From NCBI GenBank assembly GCA_965285935.1, contig OZ260663.1:89404001-89468000 (forward strand): a stretch of 64,000 nt of DNA. Direction: 5' to 3'. Both the position numbers and the translations under genes were made by a program. Shown in pieces: positions 53,834-64,000 of the stretch; positions within the stretch are counted from its first letter, which is position 1; each line of letters begins with the position of its first letter. This DNA is from Ophelia neglecta. Its lineage: Eukaryota. Under the pieces are notes generated by a model. That model saw only the letters and a program-made list of their open reading frames with translations. It was not told the DNA's origin and made no database searches.

Positions 53834-54238
53834 TTTATTTCAAATGGAGGGACGTTCATACAAATATTCAGGATAATATATACGCGACATTTTTCAGTAA
53901 TTAAGTTTTCTTATTGCCTGCACGACAGTGTACTCTGATAGGAAAAGACCTGCATACTATTATATCACACAATATAGGTATCATGTTCCAAGCCTACCAT
54001 TATCAAATTTGATACACCTGTAATAATTTGTAATGTATATCAACAGACCTACTGCTGATCAATCTTCTCACGAAGTATGACGTGCCCTACGATGTTACTA
54101 ATCGATTTGGAGGCTCCTGTTTCTCTAAGTTAATATTTACTGCACCATTATGTCATAACATTTAATACATTTTATATTAATCACAACCCAAGAGTCGTCT
54201 GCAGGAAATGATTTTAACATCGACAGGAGATAGCTTGC

Positions 54239-54676
54239 CAACAACAATATATATAATATATACATATATGAGCTGTATGCAGCGGTATATATATTCGTAT
54301 GCATTTATAATGATTCCTATAGCCATATAAATAAATATCTGTACAGCAAAATAATTGACCGATCGACCTATCATTCAAGGGGAAAAAGTTTCACACAAAC
54401 AAAATATTTAAAATTCCAACCGCCGGCCATTAGTTCCTGAGCATGAAGCAGTGTCAATAACAATATATATAATATATACATATATGAGCTGTATGCAGCG
54501 GTATATATATTCGTATGCATTTATAATTAATGATTCCTATAGCCATATAAATAAATATCTGTGCAGCAAAATAATTGACCGATCGACCTATCATTCAAGG
54601 GGAGAAAGTTTCACACAAACAAAATATTTAAAATTCCAACCGCCGACCATTAGTTCCTGAGCATGAAGCAGTGTCA
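54239..54676. repeat. ~219-bp direct tandem duplication
   Basis: caa(c/t)aacaatatatataatatatacatatatgagctg...gcatgaagcagtgtca occurs twice with few differences. Confidence 0.9.
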
Positions 54677-55261
54677 TGCCATGAGCAGACGTGACAGCAA
54701 TATTTACATGATTGTGAATAGCAACAAATGTTGCCAACCTAACTGTCATGCAGTTATTGTATCTCTGCTTGCTGATTACTAGTTAGCAGACAGTTATATA
54801 CCTAAACTTGTATAGACAATTTTACAAAACAAGTCGTAGGAAATATTTTAATCTGTGGTTTATCGAGCACTATAGTTGGTCCAATTATTATGACAGGCAA
54901 ATTAAATGCCTGGCAGTTTTTTATGGATAACTCGAATTAGATACGCCACCATCCATGCATTGAAACACCTATGTACATGTAACGTTACATACATTTATAT
55001 ATATAAATATACATAAAGGCATATAAGATTCTCTTTACATGGGACCTCCAAAAAAATTACCCTGTCGCCTTTTAATTAGACTTGTTTCATGTGTCTTACG
55101 CCTTTTAAGTCGTTTAATATTGCATTCTGTGAATATTGCAACCTGTCACTTTTTAAAACGGCTTGTCGCATATTTCGATTTTTACCAGACAGATTAGATG
55201 CACTGTCGTTTAAATCGGGGTTTTTAAACCCATGGAGAGACACATGATAATAAAGGTTTAC

Positions 55262-55449
55262 CTATCTTTGATTGTCCGTCCTGCCGGGGAACTCTCTGTG
55301 GAGGGGTAGCTGAAGGAAAGGATGTCGTTAAATCTGACCCCCAGTGTCGCCGCAGTTCCGGCGAGTGACCGACACGTCAGCGCCCTCTCTCGGCCTCTCT
55401 TCTCTCTACGTAATATAGATTCTCTCATCGCTGAAAAGTTACCACACAT
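55262..55449 (-). CDS. Candidate alternative first exon (MCGNFSAMRESILRREKR...GRTIKD)
   Basis: ATG plus 62 codons and 2 nt; GC-richer than its flanks; phase-2 donor TAG|gtaaac. Confidence 0.6.
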
Positions 55450-57046
55450 TCCATAAATTTATAATTAGTAATCCATCGCCATCTACTAAGGGAATATTCA
55501 TTTCTCGATGTGTTCATAAGTAGATTTGTTGTTGTATATAGGCCTAGTCATACATGTATTATTAGTCCGTATGCCTGTATATATAGTTGGGCTTCTCAAC
55601 CTGCTGGGTACGCCTTCGAACTGATGTTATGATGCAATAATCACTGACTGACTAGAAACATAGACAGACATGTGTATATATATGTGTGTGTTTGTGTGCT
55701 AGTTAGTTCCCTCGGCGATAAGGCTGGCCGCACATCACGTCATTTGTCTTTGAAGCCTGACACTTATCAACGGAATCCTCGATTTTTGCCCATTTATATA
55801 AACGCGATCGAATGCCCCATGGCTCTATTGAACTCCCACTGTACACAGACAGCTTCAATCGACCGTGTAAAAGTTATTTAACAATGAAACACGGTTTATC
55901 GACATCTGTCTGGGCTATATAAATTATGGGCGAATCTTCATTAGATGTATTCAGGGTTTATTGGTGCGTTCGACGGAATGCGATGACAGGAAAGCTGACA
56001 GGAAAGTCGATACAGACTACCTCCACAGACGCGGAAGGACTTCCGGTGGCATGTACCAGCGTTAACACAAACCAATAGTCACCACTAAAACATAATATTT
56101 GAATATTTGATAGAGTTTACAACAACTGGATGAAATGTGGGTCCAAGTTTTTAATGTTTGTATATCTACGCACCATTATTGCCTAGGGATTAATGTAATG
56201 ATCACGGTGTTGTTACCAATGATATGTTGTTAGCTAGCCTAAAAGCCACGTCGGCAGACGAGACAGTCAAATAAAAAAAATCTATTTTTATGTGAAGATA
56301 TTGACGGTAGTACATAGATAGATGGGCAAAATCCCAGGCGATGGTTAATTTATGACCAGTCAGAAACAGACCTAGACTTTAATGTCCTGATATCACGCTG
56401 CTAGGCGATTAGTTAATCCACAATAGGATGTCTAGTTTGTAGAGGTTTTAATATTACACGTGGTGCGCCTGACTAATATAAACACCACATAAAGGTCTAT
56501 CTGTTTGTATCCGCAAATAACGTCGGCGATATCTTATTAATTTATAAACACAAATTTGACGACTATCTTGGATGTAGCTACGTTACTCGTAGACTGATGT
56601 AGTTTATATTCATTAAATGGCCAAGTACAGAGCTTGTTGACGGGCACAAATGACTAACGAGGTAACCTGGTACAGATACATCCATTGGCGGTTATAAACT
56701 GTCCGCGTTGTGGTGGCAACTCTTGAGTTGTTCATTAGCAACCGCAGCTCGCAAACTCGTTGTTGACGAATGGCTCGTGTGTCTGCCAACTGGCTTTGCA
56801 AGGCGCAGTTTAAGATCGTTTATGATTCTCAACGCTCAATGCCCCCAAAATATAGGCTGAATTAATTTTGAGCAATTTGGGACTATATATGGATTTCCGT
56901 GTAATTTCTGTGTAATCTTTGATATAGACCTATACTAAGCAATATATACTAATCAATCACGTGATTTCAATTTTTATTAAATTGGGTCAACCGCTAAAAA
57001 TTAATAAGATTAAAAGGTTTTTTGTCGACGAATAAAATGTGTTTAC

Positions 57047-57210
57047 CTGGAATGACGGCTAATTCTGATTTGGTCTTCACGTGTCTCTATGATGTGGTCA
57101 CCAATTGTGTCCCGACTTAGTCGAACTGCAAGTCCACATCCGCTGAGACATTTAGTTCGGTTCCTATCGCTTGGGCTCGGTTTTTCTGATACACGCCTGC
57201 CTTCTGGCAT
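57047..57210 (-). CDS. Candidate alternative first exon (MPEGRRVSEKPSPSDRNRTKC...ISRHS)
   Basis: ATG plus 54 codons and 2 nt; phase-2 donor CAG|gtaaac. Confidence 0.6.
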
Positions 57211-57965
57211 AGAACCAAACACGCCCTAAATCTCCTTACTCAAACATAACGCTATAATCAATTGAGTTAGAGATGCAGACGGTCACTCTATTTCCCGCCA
57301 GTTCTGCACACCGTCACGCCTGCCCTTAATGACAACAACATAAACTGAACTCTTCTGCTGGTGATCAATCGATCTGCAATTGTACTCCCACTCTATTCAT
57401 GGTCAAACTATGATCAGTTTTCAGCAAGTCGATATATCGGCTTTAAATGGGAGCAAATGTCGGAGACTGTCCCCTCAAAGTTACCTGAAGAGCGATGATT
57501 TCAAAAAATCATAATTATTTTATGCCTAAATAATGTGGTGGTTTTCAAGTGCCTATAGAGAAATAAGGTCATATTTCTCCTCCAGTGTCTGTTAAAACCA
57601 CTGAGGGAAACACCCCAGGCCTACAGATAACGAGACTCGTGAAATCCCCTGTGAAATCCCCTGTGATATCTCGCGTTAAAGTCATAAGCATTTAGTTTTA
57701 AAGGAGTGTTTACATCGGTCGAGGGGCAACGAGCGAGTTAAAAAGCGAGGGGCGAATTAAAAAACCGATGAGCCAGGAAACAGCAAAATGTAGCTCTGCC
57801 ATCGGGTCCAGCTTTTCTGTTTAATTTGAAATGCTGTCTATGCTGTAGGCATCGTTCCTTCAACGCTAGGGGAGTGACACATTAGATTCACTATAAAAAG
57901 ATATCTTTTACAGTGCGCATGCGTGTGCTTCTGTGGCACATGTGACAGGGCGTCGAACTTTTGCC

Positions 57966-58165
57966 TAGTGGCGGATTTAGAGGGGGGCCATGGTTCGCCC
58001 CCCCCCCCTTTTTTTTGCCAAAAAGTGGGCCCGGACCAGGGCCTATTTCTGGACCCACACAAGGTGGTTTCAGAGGGTTGGTAATGGGGACAATCCAGAT
58101 ATTGGCCTTGTCAACCTTGGAAAATTTGCCCCCCCCCCCTTCCTGAAACGCTGGATCCGCCACTG
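57966..58165. mobile_element. hAT-type MITE, copy 2, with 8-bp target-site duplication
   Basis: cttttgcc|TAGTGGCGGAT...ATCCGCCACTG|cttttgcc. Confidence 0.88.
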
Positions 58166-58511
58166 CTTTTGCCCCACTGCTTTTGACAATCGAGTCCACT
58201 TCAAGTATGGAGCCAGCAAACTTTTGCTAACTCTTTTGGCTATTTATTTAACCGTACGTTTTGCATCATCACATGTTGGCTCATTTGAATGTTGCATGAA
58301 AGCTTATTTCCAAGTTCATGACAAACATAAAAAATACCTTCACCATACTACGGCTTGCTCCCTACATCAGAAGTGGAAGGTCCGGAGTGTCCCATTAGTT
58401 GCTAGTTAATTATATGTTTTATTTTTTTCAAGATTATATAATGACATGACCGAGACTAATAACAAGAAGGTTTTTAATGTTGTACATAGTTTTTCGTCTT
58501 GCATTTCCTTA

Positions 58512-58890
58512 TACCAGCAGCATAAAGTCTGGAGACTAGTTGTGCGAAAAAAACTACTTGAAGCATCAAATATGTAATCTATGCATGTGTGACGCGCTCA
58601 CAAGGTGAACGCTGATTGGCCCAGAAAGCAAATGACGCTTGGCCTGCTTTCGGCGATGACGTCACCACCAGAAGGCATCGGCACCCATGGACACAGTGCT
58701 CTGGCAAAGCGCGTCACTTGCCTTCGGGTTTGAATAGGTCAAGCGTCATACATAGCAAACCAATTAGAGGCAGCCTTTTTTTAAACACACCAATTATGTG
58801 CGTCAGCAGTAGCTTAAGCACACTGTTTTCTAGCATCATATAAATTTTAAACTTTTTTTCTGAAAGTCTCCAGACTTTATGTGGCTGGTA
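58512..58890. mobile_element. MITE with ~26-bp terminal inverted repeats
   Basis: TACCAGCAGCATAAAGTCTGGAGACT ... AGTCTCCAGACTTTATGTGGCTGGTA, flanked by TA on both sides. Confidence 0.8.
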
Positions 58891-59329
58891 TAATATAGTT
58901 GTTTTCCTTGCCCTCGCTTTGTATAATTCGCTCCTCGACTTTGCATCTCGATCGCCCTTCGTTTTTTCAACTGGCTCCTCGCCCCTTGAACAATTTACAC
59001 ACTCGTTTTAAGGGGTTAGCAGTTTGTTTTTCATCCCCAACCTGCTTTTTCATTAGAGTAACTGAGGGGATGTTGGGACACACCGAAATAGGTCGAGCGG
59101 CGCATGGGCACTGCAAAATATAGATTTGACTGCAACTAGTAACTTCTTTCTTTAAGAGACATCTTCAAATTTGGGAACTCTGCCTATAAGTTTAGTACGT
59201 TGCCTATGAGGTATGACATCATTATTTTGTGATGGGTGCAGTGCAGTGCAGTTAGGTCCAGGTAAAAGCTCCCTACAGTGGCATTTCATGCGTGCCCCGC
59301 CGCCTTTCTCTCTGAAGGAGCTGGTGGTG

Positions 59330-59700
59330 GGCGCTGTCACCTCTAGACTAGGCAAGGTCTGAAAGTCCTGGGGAAGGAGGTAGGATGGTAGTCGTCTGCA
59401 GAGGATAGGAGGGTGTATGTGGCAGGATGCATCCATCGGGAAGGTCTCAGGACCACCTGAATGTATTGCTGGCAGAAGTTGACTGGTACTTGTACTTGAT
59501 GGATCTTCTGTAGCGTACTGAGTCTTGCTTGCTCTCTCCCCTGCTCCAGACTTTCCCATCCCAATTGGCTCATCATGTCACTAACACTAGATGTATTGTG
59601 CCATCTGTTATCAACGTATTGTGCTGCTGTTCTCTGCACCCTCTCAATCTTCGCTGAGGGCACGGCGGTGTGAGATTTCAGAACATTGCTTGCAAAATCC
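59330..59700 (-). mobile_element. Decayed CR1/Crack-like LINE fragment (RT C-terminal region)
   Basis: KIERVQRTAAQYV...TSSVSDMMSQLGWESLEQ...ARL...SFPRT, typical of the end of CR1-clade ORF2. Confidence 0.8.
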
Positions 59701-61322
59701 ATTTGGGGGCGTGCTATTGTTTAGTAGGCAGTCTCCTTCTGGACATTTCTTTCTGTGTGGTCCTCCAAGTCTATATGAGTCGGCTTTGTACTGACTGATT
59801 GCTTGGGGGTGACTTGTCGAAGCTTCGGTGGTTGGTATTTTTCCCAAAAAGCTGTTTTTTTTTCCTTTTTTAACATCTGCTAAAGCGGCCTTGTGATCCA
59901 TGGCAACTTGTCTTTGGTGTTATTACTTTTGTGTGGGGATCGGTTTCTTTATACCCGCCAGTGACCATGATTTGCGTTTCAAATGTCAAATAGTCGAGAA
60001 TTTTTTTTATTAAAGATGAACTCAAAAGCATTGTTCGCTTAGGCCTAGATTTTAGCCATTCTACACTACCTTGCTCACATATAGTGATGTCCTTTATTAA
60101 CCAATAACCACTTACTGAAGCGACATGTACTATAAGTTGGGTCATTATAGGTTCTGTCGTATAATGTACTGTACTGTATGCTCATGATAAAAACTGTATG
60201 GTGCCCAACTGATGGTTTTCATAATTTATGTATTTATGGTACTTTGACCGTCACCACGGAGATGAAGACTATATACTAGCTAGTCTAACGTGTTACACCG
60301 TGTAAATGATAGGTGCGTCTTCTGTCTAAACTCGCTATCATTCATTTGTCATTATAAAAGTCCCTTTGTTGGTTGTCCCGAGCCGGGGGGGGGGGGGGGT
60401 ATTCAAGTTATCATGGGGATCCCATATCTTGCCAGCGTAGGTATGCTTTCAACATTTTTCCCTATAAAATGGAATGTCTTTATCATGATGATTCTATGGG
60501 TCCCTTTTTCTCAATTATGCTATTAAGGTGGTTATCACATTTGTATGCCTAGCGAAAGGGTCTCATTTTCCCACTGACATGCCAAAAGGGTAGCTTGTTG
60601 ATGAATTTTTCAAACAAAACACCTATTTAGAAGAAAAAAATCAAAATGGAATCTTTCTCGAAAAATTTCTATCAACCTTTTTGAGAACGTTCTATTTAAT
60701 GAATCCTGTTTAAAAAGCTGGGGTGAGCACCTTGCCCAAAAATAGAGGAATGCCCCCCCCCCTCCCCCGTGCAATATTCCTTTTGCTTTAGTAAGTTACA
60801 GTCGATATTTTGAAGTCCCTCTATCGTTGCCACCCCCCTCATGACAACGCAGCGTTGCCTACGTTTTATAACACATTGATGATTTATCATAACATGTCTG
60901 GATTTTCCAGGAGACGACACCAACTGTTTGTTTGCGCTCTATGTTCTAGGAGCTTCTAGTTCTTAGTCGCTTCGCAAGGAGAGCGCTGCTAGGAGATCTG
61001 ACGGGCGGTTATCGTCTGGGAGATAAGGGTCCCTCGAGAAAACAATGACACTGCGAGGCAATACCAGAGAAGATTTGTAAATCATTGCAAGCATTTCACC
61101 ATTAGACATACATGTACATTTACAACAAGGCTTTCTTTGAAATATGAAACAGATCGGATTTTCATTTCATTCAAAAACTGAGAAGAGAGTTTCGAGCGAT
61201 ATGACATGAATTTATATTTATCAATTGTTTGATGTTGCTATAGCCTGACACACGTCTTCAAGTTGTTTAAACCATCATGATTTCTGTTTAAGGATTTATC
61301 TCATTTCTTTGGCGATCTTATA

Positions 61323-61540
61323 CAGTGGCGGATTCAGGGGGGGGGGGGGGGCAGGGGCAGCCCCCCTTTTGCCAAAAAGTGGGCCCGGACCAGGGTCTAT
61401 TACTGGACCCACGCAAGGTGGTTTCAGAGGATTGGTAACGGGGACAATCCAGACATTTGCCTTGTGAGTCTTGGTAAATTTGGACCCCCAGTGGGTGATT
61501 TAGGGGGGGGGGCGGCCAGGAGTCCCAGGCCCCGCCCCTG
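61323..61540. mobile_element. CAGTGGCGGA-type MITE, copy 3
   Basis: Starts cagtggcggattcagggg; same core as the copies at 53642 and 57966; degenerate right end ccgcccctg. Confidence 0.75.
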
Positions 61541-64000
61541 TTATATGTGCAAATAGGATGGTGACCTCAGAATTAATTTCACATAATATTTCAATGTCCG
61601 ATTTGGGTTTTTTTCTATTGCCTAATGTATGCAGATGGAGGATTATTTCCTAGATGGATTATTAATCACCAGAAATGATGACCTGGAGTTTGACTATCAA
61701 CACCATCTTCAAGGCCCAATGTGAAATATTTCTAATATTAGCTGTGGGACAACTCAGGCTATGAGGATCCGGTGGGCTATTTTAAAGATCCACCTTAGCC
61801 TTTGTTTTAATTATCACCTAATTTAAACCCAAAACTGTGATCCTGTTTCGATGTTGATAGAATTGTTGATTTTTTTTCTGAACTAGACCATAGTACCATA
61901 GTATAATTTTCGGTTTAATTTCAACCACATACACTTTCCCCCGCACCAATATGAACAACTGGCCAATAGGTATGTGTTTTTTTCAGTTTAAAAGACACCT
62001 CATTGTCCAGAAGGACATCAAATTTAAGGAGAAATCAGTACAGAAGCATAGGGAAGGGCGAGGTTGGTTGCTACAACAGGTATGTTTTATGAAGTGGATA
62101 AATAACCAAGTGCAACAGGGATACATTTGCCAGTTCATCACCTGGCTGTAAGCATCGCTGTTGAAGTAAGCCAACAAAGAAATTCTTAAGTGCTAGGGGT
62201 GTGGCAGAAACAGACAGTTTTTCTGAAACGTACCACGACCTGCATGGGGTATGTTGACATGCAGTACCCGGGGTAAATTGACACAAATTTGAGAATAGTG
62301 TTTTTAATGCAGAACTCGAGCCTTGCAAGTATTGAATGAACGTGTCAATTTCACCTTTTGGCCAATGACTTGTGTACTCACTAAACTAACTCATATAAAA
62401 TAAAACCATATATTACAGTTTACTAAGTATTGTGCGAGTAGCTTGGCTGGATACAAGAAATATATAATAACTAATTCATATGATAAGGTTTGTTAGTGTG
62501 ACTGAACACTTAAGTGTAGTTTACAAATCACAGGCATATTAAGTCACCCCCCCTTTCTACCCAATTGGAACCTAAAACAATGCCCCCATTGAAAAAAAAT
62601 ATATCCCTCACCCTCCCCTCATTGATAAAAGAATGCTTCTTTTTTCTACCCCTCACCCAATAACCACAAAAAAAATTGGCACAAACTCCCCCCCCCCCCT
62701 TTCCATATAAAATCAGCGGATCTAGCCATGCACACATACACATAGCCTGGGGAGATTGGTACACCTTACCCCAACCGCCCATTTGCAACAGAAATGAAAT
62801 TTACTACATAATTCTTAAATATATACTTGGGATCTGTTTTGTTCAATTTCAGAAGTGTGTTTGGTCAATCTTTCTCAGAAAGCTGCTTTTTCTGTGCTAG
62901 AAATTTTTAGGTAAAAAGTAAATTAAATCTGCTTTGTAAATGTTGATATCGGATGCAAAAAAGTGATGGTTGTCCGTAAATCTTTTTATAGTCTATAGAC
63001 CTCTATATTTAAAATCTGTATGGTTTGTTATGCATACATAAAGTATACAATGGTGACTCACACAGGATACACAAGTATTTTGGCCAGGGGATACATCAGT
63101 AACTTACCCCTGTGTCTACTTACCCCACTCACCCAAGAATTTTTATGTGAAAAGAAGAGAAATATCGAAATATTTATTTGAATTGGTTCCCTGTAAAATT
63201 TAGTCAGGGAACCCTTTTCATGAGAACACTTTTTTCAAAATAGAAGAACGTAACTGGTAACAGTGTGTACCCAGCCTAGTAGGAGTTGAAGTTTGGGGGG
63301 TCGCAGTACCCTGTTTACAGTTCAAAAAAGGGGCAAATCCTGAATCACAGATATTCAAAATCTGGGGGTTTTTTATCATAAGGAATAAGCTACTTCCCTC
63401 TTCACGTTACATTAAAACAGTGAATCCCAATTCATAGGAAACTAAACAGCACATTTCCAGGTCACAGTTTATGAAAAGCCTTGGTCCTGAGAAATCCCTA
63501 TACAGTAATGCTTAAATTCCTGGATCACAGTCAAGTACAAAGGCTGATCCAGAGCGTCGGAAAAACCCATCCCCCCCCCCCACGGGCAGGGGGGCATGAA
63601 ATTTTTTCAAAATGTTTGTCAGCCATATTTGGAGGAAAAATGATAAGTTTCCCAAATTCTGAAGAAACAAATTTTCCTGGGGCCAAGACTGGTAAAAAAT
63701 GTCAACAATTTTGGAAACCAATAAGCATGCTCACCAGCAAATGACGCCCTATGCTTAATGAGTTACAGGAGCATTGTAAGCAAGTTGAGTGGTATACATG
63801 ATGTGTGTAATATAGGCAGCACAATCAACATCTGGTATCACACCGAACGCGCTCTACTACTGCCAGGCAATCTGACTACTCACAACACACTTTTGGCAGT
63901 AGCCAACTTAACATTTTTACAAAAAGCCGTGAACAGAGAAAATCTTAATTGAGTGTCACTAGTGCATCTCAAGTCAACTCCAAGGAGACTGATAATTCTT

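Noticed and set aside
59644-59907. MDHKAALADV ORF starting within an RFX half-site-like GTTGCCATGG
   Set aside because: Runs into the CR1-like fragment with no credible donor. It could be a disrupted first exon, but this is unsupported.
63101-63135. Three clustered strong minus-strand donors
   Set aside because: No upstream ATG-open frame or acceptor found; probably part of a repeat.

Overview
AT-rich metazoan (probably marine invertebrate) genomic DNA with GT-AG introns, assembly gaps at 51.6-53.0 kb and two multi-exon genes, both on the minus strand. (1) 295-20468 encodes a large secreted or cell-surface MUC4/SUSD2-type mucin-like protein. I reconstructed 29 phase-compatible coding exons (~2237 aa; the gene runs off the window start): signal peptide, 4 LDLa, 8 EGF, a 668-aa Thr/Ser-rich exon hiding an 11-residue repeat, 3 EGF, NIDO, AMOP, VWD(GDPH), a cadherin-like domain and EGFs. 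(2) 30019-35345 holds the constant region of a FAM217-like protein (7 exons, including 26- and 39-nt microexons) that starts at a phase-2 acceptor with no ATG of its own. The most striking feature is upstream of it (36.4-57.2 kb): about a dozen mutually unrelated ATG-initiated mini-ORFs each end at a phase-2 splice donor. This suggests a variable-first-exon / constant-region system; it is inferred and needs transcript data. One of these exons has its donor amplified 11 times in a 59-bp minisatellite. The remainder is TE debris (an L2-like LINE nested in a decayed transposase-like ORF, a CR1-like fragment, Tc1/mariner-type and hAT-type MITEs), satellites and local tandem duplications. All exon models were read by eye; no database searches were run.
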